From an uncultured Actinomycetota bacterium (lineage in GTDB: Bacteria; Actinomycetota; Actinomycetes; JBEVHX01), in the NCBI GenBank assembly GCA_963836025.1, contig CAWIIE010000009.1, positions 64,378-128,377 of the forward strand: a DNA stretch of 64,000 bases, written 5' to 3'. The notes beneath the pieces are model-generated. The model did not search any database. It was not told the DNA's origin and was given only the letters and a program-made list of their open reading frames with translations. Both the position numbers and the translations under genes were made by a program. Positions 56,255 through 64,000 of this stretch are shown here, piece by piece; the stretch's first letter is position 1; every line of letters starts with the position of its first letter.

Positions 56255-58954
56255 CTAGCGCGAGTCGCTGCCGCCCGCGCTCAACGCTGCGCGGCCCGCC
56301 TCGAGCCGGGCCACCGGGACCCGGAACGGTGAGCACGAGACGTAGTCGAGGCCGACCTCGTGGAAGAAGTGCACCGAGTCCGGGTCCCCGCCGTGCTCAC
56401 CGCACACGCCGATGTGCAGATCTGGGCGCGCCGCGCGGCCCTCCTCGGTCGCGATCCGCACCAGGCGACCGACACCGTCGCGGTCCAACGATTCGAAGGG
56501 CGAGACGCCGAAGATGCCCTTCTCCAGATAGATGGAGAAGAAGCTCGACTCCACGTCGTCCCGGGAGAAGCCCCAGGCGGTCTGGGTCAGGTCGTTGGTA
56601 CCAAAGGAGAAGAAGTCCGCCGACTCGGCGATCTCGCCGGCGGTGAGCGCGGCCCGGGGAAGTTCGATCATCGTGCCGATCGGCGGGTCGAGCTGCCGGC
56701 CGTGCGCGGCGCCCACCTCGGCAAGCACCGCCTCGGCTTCCTCGCGCATGTGCTCGAGCTCCTGCACGGCGGCGACCAGCGGGATCATGATCTCAACCTG
56801 CGGATCCCCACCGGCCGCCAGCCGGGCCACGACGGCTTCCGCGATCGCGCGCACCTGCAGTGCGATGAGCCCGGGGACGACCAGGCCGAGACGTACCCCG
56901 CGCAGCCCGAGCATCGGGTTGGCCTCGTGCAGGCGTTGCACCGCAGTGAGCAGCCGCCGGTCCGCGTCGGACGAGCCACCGGCAGCGGCATCCGCGAGCG
57001 CCACCCGGACGGAGAGATCGGTGAGGTTCGGCAGGAACTCGTGCAGCGGCGGATCCAGCAGCCGGATCGTGACCGGCAGCCCGTCCATCGCCTCGAGAAT
57101 CTGCTCGAAGTCGTCGCGTTGCAACGGCAACAAGGCGTCCAGCGCGGCAGTGCGCTCGTCGTCCGTCTCCGCCAGGATCAGGCGTTCGACATGCACCCGC
57201 CGCTCACCCAGGAACATGTGCTCGGTCCGGCACAAGCCGATCCCCTCGGCTCCCATCCGGCGGGCCCGCTCGGCGTCCTCGCCGGTATCGGCGTTCGCGC
57301 GCACCCGCAGCCGTCGCGCCGTGTCGGCGTGCTTCATCAGCCGGTCCACCGCGAGCACCAGGTCGTCCGCGTCGCCGGCCGTGGTCGACAGCCGCCCCTC
57401 GAAGTACTCGACGACCGGCGACGGCACCACCGGGTTCTCGCCGAGGAACACCTCGCCGGTGGTCCCGTCGATGGACACCACTTCTCCCTCGGCCACGACG
57501 ACGCCGCCGGGCGCGGTCAGCCGTCGGGCCTTCGTGTCGACGTCCAGCTCCTCCGCGCCGCATACGCAGGTCTTGCCCATGCCGCGCGCGACCACCGCCG
57601 CGTGCGAGGTCTTGCCGCCCCGGCTGGTGAGGATGCCGACCGCGGCGATCATGCCGTCCAGGTCGTCGGGGTTCGTCTCGCGGCGCACGAGGATGACCTG
57701 CTCGCCGCGCGCCGTCCACTCGACCGCGGCCGCGGAGCTGAAGACGACCTTGCCCACCGACGCACCCGGCGAGGCACCCATGCCGCGGGCGATGCGCTCG
57801 CGCTCGGCGGAGTCGTCGAAGCGCGGGAACATCAGCTGCGCCAGCTGCGCTCCATTGACCCGTTGCAATGCCTCGTCCGGGTCGATCAGCCCCTCGTCGA
57901 CCAGCTGGGTCGCGATCCGGAACGCGGCCGCCGCGGTGCGCTTGCCGACCCGGGTCTGGAGCATCCAGAGCTTGCCGCGCTCGATGGTGAACTCGATGTC
58001 GCACAGGTCGCGATAGTGCTTCTCCAGCGTCGACATGATGCCCATGAGCTCGTTGTAGGAGTCGGGGTCGAGCCGTTCGAGGTCCGCGAGCGGAAGCGTG
58101 TTGCGGATGCCGGCGACCACGTCCTCACCCTGGGCGTTCGGCAGGTAGTCGCCGTAGACGCCTTGGTGCCCGGACGCCGGGTCGCGGGTGAACGCCACGC
58201 CGGTCCCGGAGTCGTCGCCCAGGTTGCCGTAGACCATCGCGACCACGTTGACCGCGGTGCCCAGGTCGGCGGGGATGCGCTCCTGTCGCCGGTACAGCTT
58301 GGCCCGGTCGGTGTTCCACGAGTCGAAGACCGCGCGGATGGCGAGGGTCATCTGCTCACCCGGGTCCTGCGGGAACTCCCGTCCGGCGTGCTCGCGCACG
58401 ACGGTCTTGAACTCGTCGACCAGCGACTTGAGATCTGCGGCGTCGAGGTCGAGGTCGTTGGTGACGCCCTTGCGCTCCTTGGCGGCCTCGAGTCGCTCCT
58501 CGAAGTGCTCGCCCTCGATGCCCAGCACGGTCTTGCCGAACATCTGCAGCAGCCGACGGTAGGAGTCCCACGCGAAGCGCTCGTTGCCCGACTGCACGAC
58601 CAAGCCGGCGACCGAGGCGTCCGAGAGCCCGATGTTCAGGACGGTCTCCATCATCCCGGGCATGGAGAACTTTGCGCCCGACCGCACGGACACCAGCAGC
58701 GGGTCGGCGGGGTCACCGAGGCGGCGGCCCATCCGCTGCTCGAGAGCCAACAGATGCTCGGCGATCTCGTCGCTCAAGCCGGCCGGCTCGGACCCGGACT
58801 CGAGGTAGACCCGGCAGGCGTCGGTGGTCACGATGAACCCCGGCGGGACGGGCAGGCCGATGTTCGTCATCTCGGCGAGGTTGGCCCCCTTACCGCCCAG
58901 CAGGTCCTTGAGGTCCTTGTTGCCCTCGCTGAAGTCGTAGACGTACTTGGGCAC
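56255..58954 (-). CDS. ppdK: Pyruvate, phosphate dikinase
   Basis: GTG 58954 gives VPKYVYDFSEGNKDLKDLLGGKGANLAEMTNIGLPVPPGF. The phosphohistidine region is GGKTSHAAVVARGMG and the C-terminal motif is FSFGTNDLTQ. The gene is intact. The track's 1069-aa ORF extends upstream only because no stop intervenes. Confidence 0.93.
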   Translation of the reverse strand: MPKYVYDFSEGNKDLKDLLGGKGANLAEMTNIGLPVPPGFIVTTDACRVYLESGSEPAGLSDEIAEHLLALEQRMGRRLGDPADPLLVSVRSGAKFSMPGMMETVLNIGLSDASVAGLVVQSGNERFAWDSYRRLLQMFGKTVLGIEGEHFEERLEAAKERKGVTNDLDLDAADLKSLVDEFKTVVREHAGREFPQDPGEQMTLAIRAVFDSWNTDRAKLYRRQERIPADLGTAVNVVAMVYGNLGDDSGTGVAFTRDPASGHQGVYGDYLPNAQGEDVVAGIRNTLPLADLERLDPDSYNELMGIMSTLEKHYRDLCDIEFTIERGKLWMLQTRVGKRTAAAAFRIATQLVDEGLIDPDEALQRVNGAQLAQLMFPRFDDSAERERIARGMGASPGASVGKVVFSSAAAVEWTARGEQVILVRRETNPDDLDGMIAAVGILTSRGGKTSHAAVVARGMGKTCVCGAEELDVDTKARRLTAPGGVVVAEGEVVSIDGTTGEVFLGENPVVPSPVVEYFEGRLSTTAGDADDLVLAVDRLMKHADTARRLRVRANADTGEDAERARRMGAEGIGLCRTEHMFLGERRVHVERLILAETDDERTAALDALLPLQRDDFEQILEAMDGLPVTIRLLDPPLHEFLPNLTDLSVRVALADAAAGGSSDADRRLLTAVQRLHEANPMLGLRGVRLGLVVPGLIALQVRAIAEAVVARLAAGGDPQVEIMIPLVAAVQELEHMREEAEAVLAEVGAAHGRQLDPPIGTMIELPRAALTAGEIAESADFFSFGTNDLTQTAWGFSRDDVESSFFSIYLEKGIFGVSPFESLDRDGVGRLVRIATEEGRAARPDLHIGVCGEHGGDPDSVHFFHEVGLDYVSCSPFRVPVARLEAGRAALSAGGSDSR

Positions 58955-59036
58955 GCCGGTCACCCCTGTCTCGAAGCATTCGACTGAAACAAGCCACGGC
59001 TTGCCTCGTTGCCCGAGCCTAGCGACGTGGCAACGC

Positions 59037-60181
59037 TCAGCCGCCGGAGTGGGCGAGCTCGGCGCCCGCCGGGACGACGAGCTCCTCGGGGTCGTCGAGC
59101 CAGCCGTCGGGCAGCGCCACCCGGCGCGTCGGCGTGGTGCGGCCGCGCGGCATACCGACGATGTGCTCGGGGTAGGGCTCGGTGGGATCGATCCGGCCAA
59201 GCAGCTCGTCGAGCTGCTCCAGTGAATCCACCAACCCGAGCGCGTGTCGCGTCTCGGAGCCCACCGAGAATCCCTTGAGGTACCACGCCATGTGCTTGCG
59301 CATGTCGCGGATGCCCTTGTCCGGGCCGTATGCCTCCACGAGCAGCTCGGCGTGCCGCCGCAGCACCCGCGTGACCTGACCGGCGTCGGGCCGGGCGGGC
59401 GCGGGCCGTCCGTCGAAGGCCGCGGCCAGCTCACCGAACAGCCACGGCCGCCCCAGGCAGCCACGACCGACCACGACGCCGTCGCAACCGGTCTCGTGGA
59501 CCATGCGCAGCGCGTCGTCGGCCTCCCAGATGTCGCCGTTGCCGAGGACGGGAATGTCGACCGAGTCCTTGAGCCGCGCGATCGCCCGCCAGTCGGCGGT
59601 GCCGCCGTACAGCTGAGCCGCCGTGCGGCCGTGCAGCGCCACCCAGGTGGCGCCCTCGTCCTGCGCGATCCGGCCGGCGTCCAGATAGGTGAGCCGCTCG
59701 TCGTCGATGCCCTTGCGGATCTTCACCGTGACCGGCACCCGGCCGTCGGCGGCCGCGACCGCGGCCCGGACGATCGCCCGGAACAGCCGGCGCTTGTACG
59801 GCAGCGCCGACCCGCCGCCCTTGCGCGTGACCTTGGGCACCGGGCAGCCGAAGTTGAGGTCGACGTGGTCGGCCAGGTCCTCGGTCACGACCATCCGGAC
59901 CGCCTGGCCGACGACCTCCGGGTCGACGCCGTACAGCTGCATCGACCGTGGCGACTCGGCCGCGTCGAAGCGCACCATCCGCATCGTCTCGGCGTCGCGC
60001 TCGACGAGTGCGCGGCTCGTGATCATCTCGCAGACGTAGAGGCCCGCGCCGTACTCCCGGCAGAGCCGGCGGAACGCGACGTTGGTGATGCCGGCCATCG
60101 GCGCGAGCACGACCGGCGGCCACAAGGTGTGCTCGCCGAGCCGCAGCGGCCCGAGGCGGCAGTCGGTCGATCGGCCGCCAT
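59037..60181 (-). pseudogene. dus: tRNA-dihydrouridine synthase. A frameshift close to the 5' end (~60155) is likely.
   Basis: LWPPVVLAPMAGITNVAFRRLCREYGAGLYVCEMI...DLNFGCPVPKV...GGGSAL...VTVKIRKG...ALHGRTAAQ. The conserved upstream LGPLRLGEHT has no in-frame start. ATG 60181 (MAADRPTAA) is out of frame and abuts the reconstructed VapC stop (TGATG). Confidence 0.85.
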
Positions 60182-60586
60182 CAACCGACCCGCACCACTC
60201 GCAGCGGTGTAAGTGCTCGCGATCACGTCGAAGTCACGGTCCCGTGCAACACGGGAACGTCGTGCCGCATGGCGATCGCGGCGATCAGGCAGTCCGTCGA
60301 GCGACCGCAGGGTGTGCCCGAGACTGCGGCAGTGCTGGTAGAGATCGACGGCGGCATCGACGTCCCTGCGCGGCAGCTGCGCGATGTAGTCGCAGGAGTC
60401 GAGGGCGGTGCGGAGCTGCCAGCGTTCTGTCCTCGAGGTTGCCGTGGCCAGGAGCTCGAGCACGACCGGGTCGGTCGTGGCCGGCTGCTCATCTGCCTCG
60501 ACGACGCGACGCAGGTGCAGATGAGTGGGACTTCCGGTCGCGCGCACGAATTCGACCCAGGCCGAGGTGTCGACAAGGACAGTCAT
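60181..60586 (-). pseudogene. vapC: PIN-domain toxin VapC, about 3 frameshifts including a compensated pair
   Basis: ATG 60586: [20 protein letters not shown]...DPVVLELLATA. It continues TDCLIAAIAMRHDVPVLH in ORF 60223..60576, then RDRDFDVIA back in the first frame. The probable end RALTPLRVVRVG* reaches TGA at 60181-60183. Confidence 0.75.
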
Positions 60587-60888
60587 CCGGTCCGGCTGCG
60601 CTCGACCGAACGCTCGAGGCGGTCCGCCAGCTCCCGGATCCGCTCCGGGTCGGCCTTGGCCATAGCCTCGCGGAACATGCGAAAGCGTTCCTCGTCGCCG
60701 GTCATCAGCCGTTCGTAGTTCTCCAGCGTCATCGACCCTTGAAGGGCAAGCATCTGCTCGCGGGTGAACGTCGGTCGCACGACCTTGCGCAGCGCGAAGT
60801 CCACCGCTTCGCGCTTGGTCGTCAGTGCGTTCTGCTTCATCACAGTCGCGATCAGCTCGTCGTCGATGTCGATGTTGGTCCGGCTCAC
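60583..60888 (-). CDS. vapB: VapB-type antitoxin with an extended C-terminal region (101 aa)
   Basis: GTG 60888: [37 protein letters not shown]. An ATGA overlap joins it to the vapC start. Confidence 0.75.
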   Translation of the reverse strand: MSRTNIDIDDELIATVMKQNALTTKREAVDFALRKVVRPTFTREQMLALQGSMTLENYERLMTGDEERFRMFREAMAKADPERIRELADRLERSVERSRTG

Positions 60889-60944
60889 GGACACCAACGT
60901 ACACCTCGTGGTGTATGCCGGCGCGGCAGCGGCATACTGCCGTC

Positions 60945-61304
60945 GTGAACGCACTGGACCGCTTGACCGCGATCGCGACCGCACTGCCCGAGGCGGAGCG
61001 GGTGGACGTGGAGGAGTGGGGCGACCACCCGACGTTCCGGGTCCGCGGCAAGAACTTCGTCTTCGCCTCGGCCGACGGGCTGGGGATCAGCGTCAAGCTG
61101 CCCAAGCCCGAGGCTGAGGCCCTTGTCGCGACAGATCCGAAGGCCGAGCCGACCGGCTATGGGTTGGGCCGGCACGGCTGGGTGTCCTTCGACATCGGAG
61201 CCCGTGCGAGCAAGGCGCGGTGGGCGCAGGTCGAGGAGCTCGTCGTCACGTCGTACTGCATGGTCGCCCCGAAGCGGCTGGCCGCCCAAGTCCAGGCTTC
61301 ATGA
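60945..61304 (+). CDS. MmcQ/YjbR family protein (second paralogue in the window)
   Basis: GTG 60945 in ORF 60825..61304: [38 protein letters not shown]...[14 protein letters not shown]. Confidence 0.7.
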   Translation: MNALDRLTAIATALPEAERVDVEEWGDHPTFRVRGKNFVFASADGLGISVKLPKPEAEALVATDPKAEPTGYGLGRHGWVSFDIGARASKARWAQVEELVVTSYCMVAPKRLAAQVQAS

Positions 61305-61376
61305 TCCTTACGTCGCTTCGGCACCCGAATCCTGTTCGGAAGGGCGCCCAATCGTCGTAACGGTCTTTGACGCGGG

Positions 61377-62756
61377 TCAGCAGGTCGGGAGTCGCTCCTT
61401 GAGCCAGCCCTCGACGGCGTCGATGCCGACCCGGACCTGCTCCATCGAGTCGCGCGACCGGATGGTGACGGCGTTGTCCTCGAGGGTCTCGAAGTCGACG
61501 GTGATGCAGAACGGGGTGCCGATCTCGTCCTGCCGGCGGTACCGACGCCCGATCGCCTGCGCGTCGTCGAACTCCACGTTCCACGACTTGCGCAGCACCG
61601 CGGCCAGGTCGCGTGCCTTCGGTGACAAGTCGGCGTTGCGGGACAGCGGCAGGACGGCGGCCTTGACCGGCGCGAGCCGCGCGTCGAAGCGCATCACGGT
61701 CCGCTTGTCCACGCCGCCCTTGGTGTTGGGCGCCTCGTCCTCGTCGTATGCGTCCAGCAGGAAGGCCAGCACCGCTCGGGTCAGGCCGGCGGCCGGCTCG
61801 ATGACAAACGGCACCCAGCGCTCGTTCTTGTCCTGGTCGAAGTAGGACAGGTCGACGCCGGAGTGCTTGGTGTGCGTGGTGAGGTCGAAGTCAGTGCGGT
61901 TGGCGATGCCCTCGAGCTCGGCGAACTCGGTACCGCCGAACTGGAAGCGGTACTCGATGTCGACCGTGCGCTTCGAGTAGTGCGAGAGCTTCTCCTTCGG
62001 GTGCTCGAACAGGCGCAGGTTGTCGGGGTTGATGCCCAGGTCGACATACCAGTCCCAGCGGGCCTTCAGCCAGTAGTCGTACCACTCCTCGTCGGTGCCC
62101 GGCTCGACGAAGAACTCCATCTCCATCTGCTCGAACTCGCGGGTGCGGAAGATGAAGTTGCCCGGGGTGATCTCGTTGCGGAAGGACTTGCCGACCTGCC
62201 CGATGCCGAACGGCGGCTTCTTGCGCGCGGACGCCATCACGTTGGCGAAGTTCACGAAGATGCCCTGCGCGGTCTCAGGCCGCAGGTAGTGCAACCCCTC
62301 GTCGCTCTCGATCGGACCGAGGTGCGTGCGCAGCAGACCATTGAACATCCGCGGCTCGGTGAACTGGCCCTTCACCCCGCAGTTCGGGCAGTTGACGTCC
62401 TTCAGCCCGTTCGCCGGCAGGTGCTTGTGCTTTGCCTCGTATGCCTCCTCGAGCTGGTCGGCCCGAAAGCGGTGGTGGCAGGACAGGCACTCGGTCAGCG
62501 GGTCCACGAACGCGTCGACGTGACCGGAGGCGACCCAGACGTCGCGCGCCAGGATGACCCCGGAGTCGATGCCGACGATGTCGTCTCGGCCCTGGACGAT
62601 CGTCTTCCACCACTGCCGCTTGATGTTCTCCTTGAGCTCGACGCCCAGCGGGCCGTAGTCCCACGCGGAGCGGGTGCCGCCGTAGATCTCGCTCGACGGG
62701 TACACGAAGCCCCGCCGCTTGGACAGGCTGACGATGGTGTCGACGCGGTCGGCCAC
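61377..62756 (-). CDS. glyQS: Glycine--tRNA ligase (homodimeric class II)
   Basis: Intact 459-aa ORF: [43 protein letters not shown]...[25 protein letters not shown]...EPAAGLTR. Confidence 0.93.
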   Translation of the reverse strand: MADRVDTIVSLSKRRGFVYPSSEIYGGTRSAWDYGPLGVELKENIKRQWWKTIVQGRDDIVGIDSGVILARDVWVASGHVDAFVDPLTECLSCHHRFRADQLEEAYEAKHKHLPANGLKDVNCPNCGVKGQFTEPRMFNGLLRTHLGPIESDEGLHYLRPETAQGIFVNFANVMASARKKPPFGIGQVGKSFRNEITPGNFIFRTREFEQMEMEFFVEPGTDEEWYDYWLKARWDWYVDLGINPDNLRLFEHPKEKLSHYSKRTVDIEYRFQFGGTEFAELEGIANRTDFDLTTHTKHSGVDLSYFDQDKNERWVPFVIEPAAGLTRAVLAFLLDAYDEDEAPNTKGGVDKRTVMRFDARLAPVKAAVLPLSRNADLSPKARDLAAVLRKSWNVEFDDAQAIGRRYRRQDEIGTPFCITVDFETLEDNAVTIRSRDSMEQVRVGIDAVEGWLKERLPTC

Positions 62757-62837
62757 GGGCGGGCTCCATCCGGATGTATGCGGGCGGGTGGGTGGGAGCG
62801 ACGCATCCGGACACAGCGCGGCCCGCGCAATGCTGTT

Positions 62838-63491
62838 CTACCGGCCAGAAGGGTAGACGAGCAGTTCGCGCACCTCGTCGTCGGTGGTCTGCCGGAAGTC
62901 GTCGTAGGCGTAGCCGACCGCGAAGAAGGGCCGCGGGGTCGCCAGGCAGACGACCTCGTCGGCCTCGGCGGCCAGCTCGTTTACGGTGTCCCGCGGGCCG
63001 ACCGGCACGGCGACGATCACCCGGCGGGGCGGGCCGAGCGCCGGCAGCACCCGGACCGCGGCGCGCATGGTCGCGCCGGTCGCGAGCCCGTCATCGACCA
63101 GCACGACCTCGCGTCCGGTGACGTCGATCGGCGCTCGTCCTGGCCGGTACACGGCTTCCCGCCGCGCACACTCGGCGAGCTGCTCGGTCGCCAGTTGCTC
63201 GATGACCTCCGTACTGATCGCGGCTCGCCGCCGGACGTCCTCGTTGACGACCGGGTCGGCGCCCGCCGCCACGGCACCCACCGCCAGCTCCTCGTGACCA
63301 GGAACGCCGAGCTTGCGCACGACCAACGCGTCCAGCTCAGCCTTGAGGACGGCGGCCACCTCAGCAGCAACGACCACCCCGCCCCGCGGCAGGCCGAGCA
63401 CGATCAGCAGGCCATCGTCGGTGATCCGGTCGCGCAGCTCGCTGGCCAGCGCGCGGCCGGCGTCACGGCGATCCGCATACCGGGATCTCAC
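62838..63491 (-). CDS. Phosphoribosyltransferase family protein
   Basis: Intact 217-aa ORF: YADRRDAGRALASEL...VLGLPRGGVVVAAEVA...VVLVDDGLATGATMRAA. Confidence 0.8.
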   Translation of the reverse strand: MRSRYADRRDAGRALASELRDRITDDGLLIVLGLPRGGVVVAAEVAAVLKAELDALVVRKLGVPGHEELAVGAVAAGADPVVNEDVRRRAAISTEVIEQLATEQLAECARREAVYRPGRAPIDVTGREVVLVDDGLATGATMRAAVRVLPALGPPRRVIVAVPVGPRDTVNELAAEADEVVCLATPRPFFAVGYAYDDFRQTTDDEVRELLVYPSGR

Positions 63492-63498
63492 GACCGGA

Positions 63499-63915
63499 TC
63501 ACGGCAGATCCGTGTCCACTTTTGGCGCGGCGGCCTCGCCCAACGAGACCGATCCGGCGTCGGCGGCGAGGGCGGTGTGCCCGTCGAGGACCGGACCGCC
63601 GATCCCGCGGGTCACGAGGGTCTCGTATGCGCTCGGCTCGTCCAGCGCCGTCGAGAGGACGGGCACGGCATGCAGCTTGACGTCCCAGTCACTCAGCGCC
63701 CGTCGGTAGGCGCCGACCGACTCCCACTCGGTGGTCAGCGACCACAGCGCGGGGTCATCGGTGGCCCGGCCGATCCGGCCCGACACGAAGCCGGCGCAGG
63801 CGGCGAGCAGGTCGAGGGCGTCGGTGATCTCCCCGAGGAAACGTGGGCCGCCCCCGACCGGCACACGATGGCGAGTGACGACGAGCACCGGACCTCCTGG
63901 GACGATGTGCACCAT
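63499..63915 (-). CDS. Antibiotic-biosynthesis-monooxygenase (ABM/Dabb) fold protein
   Basis: ATG 63915 follows GGGAAGGA. Sequence: VLVVTRHRVPVGGGPRFLGEITDALDLLAACAGFVSGRIGRATDDPALWSLTTEWESVGAYRRALS. Confidence 0.62.
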   Translation of the reverse strand: MVHIVPGGPVLVVTRHRVPVGGGPRFLGEITDALDLLAACAGFVSGRIGRATDDPALWSLTTEWESVGAYRRALSDWDVKLHAVPVLSTALDEPSAYETLVTRGIGGPVLDGHTALAADAGSVSLGEAAAPKVDTDLP

Positions 63916-63938
63916 CCTTCCCTCGCCTGACCCGGAGG

Positions 63939-64000
63939 TCACGTGCCTACCGCCGACCAGCCCGACTCCTTCCGCGCCTCCCTGGACCGGATGAGCCGGC
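63939..64000 (-). CDS. 3' end of an unidentified gene running off the window edge
   Basis: The open frame ...RLIRSREARKESGWSAVGT* ends at TGA 63939-63941. It is too short to identify. Confidence 0.25.
   Translation of the reverse strand, partial: RLIRSREARKESGWSAVGT

Noticed and set aside
56255-59464. The 1069-aa ORF suggested a PPDK with a 170-aa N-terminal extension.
   Set aside because: The extension overlaps the 3' end of dus in another frame and is Arg/Pro-rich nonsense. The canonical PPDK N-terminus (VPKYVYDFSEG) starts at GTG 58954.

Overview
High-GC actinobacterial chromosomal segment, judged by eye, and almost entirely core housekeeping genes. Gene order parallels the Mycobacterium tuberculosis Rv2228c-Rv2247 neighbourhood: RNase H/phosphatase, zinc-ribbon protein, Nif3, tRNA-Val, AhpE, aceE, a PucR-type FasR/MabR-like regulator, then fabD-fabH-acpP-fabF-accD6. 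Later it parallels the dgt-dnaG ... glyS neighbourhood. I can support about 75 protein-coding loci, 3 tRNAs (Val-TAC, Met-CAT, Asn-GTT) and RNase P RNA. I saw no transposase, integrase, phage genes, CRISPR array or cas genes. The six-frame track is full of long antisense shadow ORFs typical of high GC; these were ignored. Four things deserve a second look. (1) FabD carries an in-frame C-terminal biotinyl/lipoyl-carrier-like domain in which the canonical EAMKM lysine motif reads ETLRD. It sits in the same operon as an AccD6-like carboxyltransferase. (2) There are two families of long palindromic intergenic repeats. One is a ~61-bp hairpin element present three times. The other is a ~40-bp imperfect palindrome present as a 62-bp-period tandem array after accD6 and again upstream of dnaG. 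(3) Reading-frame breaks are unusually dense: roughly 40-50 by eye in about 30 genes, including essential dnaG and map. Several are closely spaced compensating pairs, while some very long genes (aceE, ppdK, the fab operon) are intact. Sequencing or assembly error is the leading explanation but should be tested. (4) A translationally coupled MBL-hydrolase / FGE-sulfatase-domain / DUF59 / amidohydrolase operon of unknown function lies divergent from an ECF sigma factor. All coordinates and frameshift positions were derived by hand and are approximate to a few nucleotides. No database search was possible.
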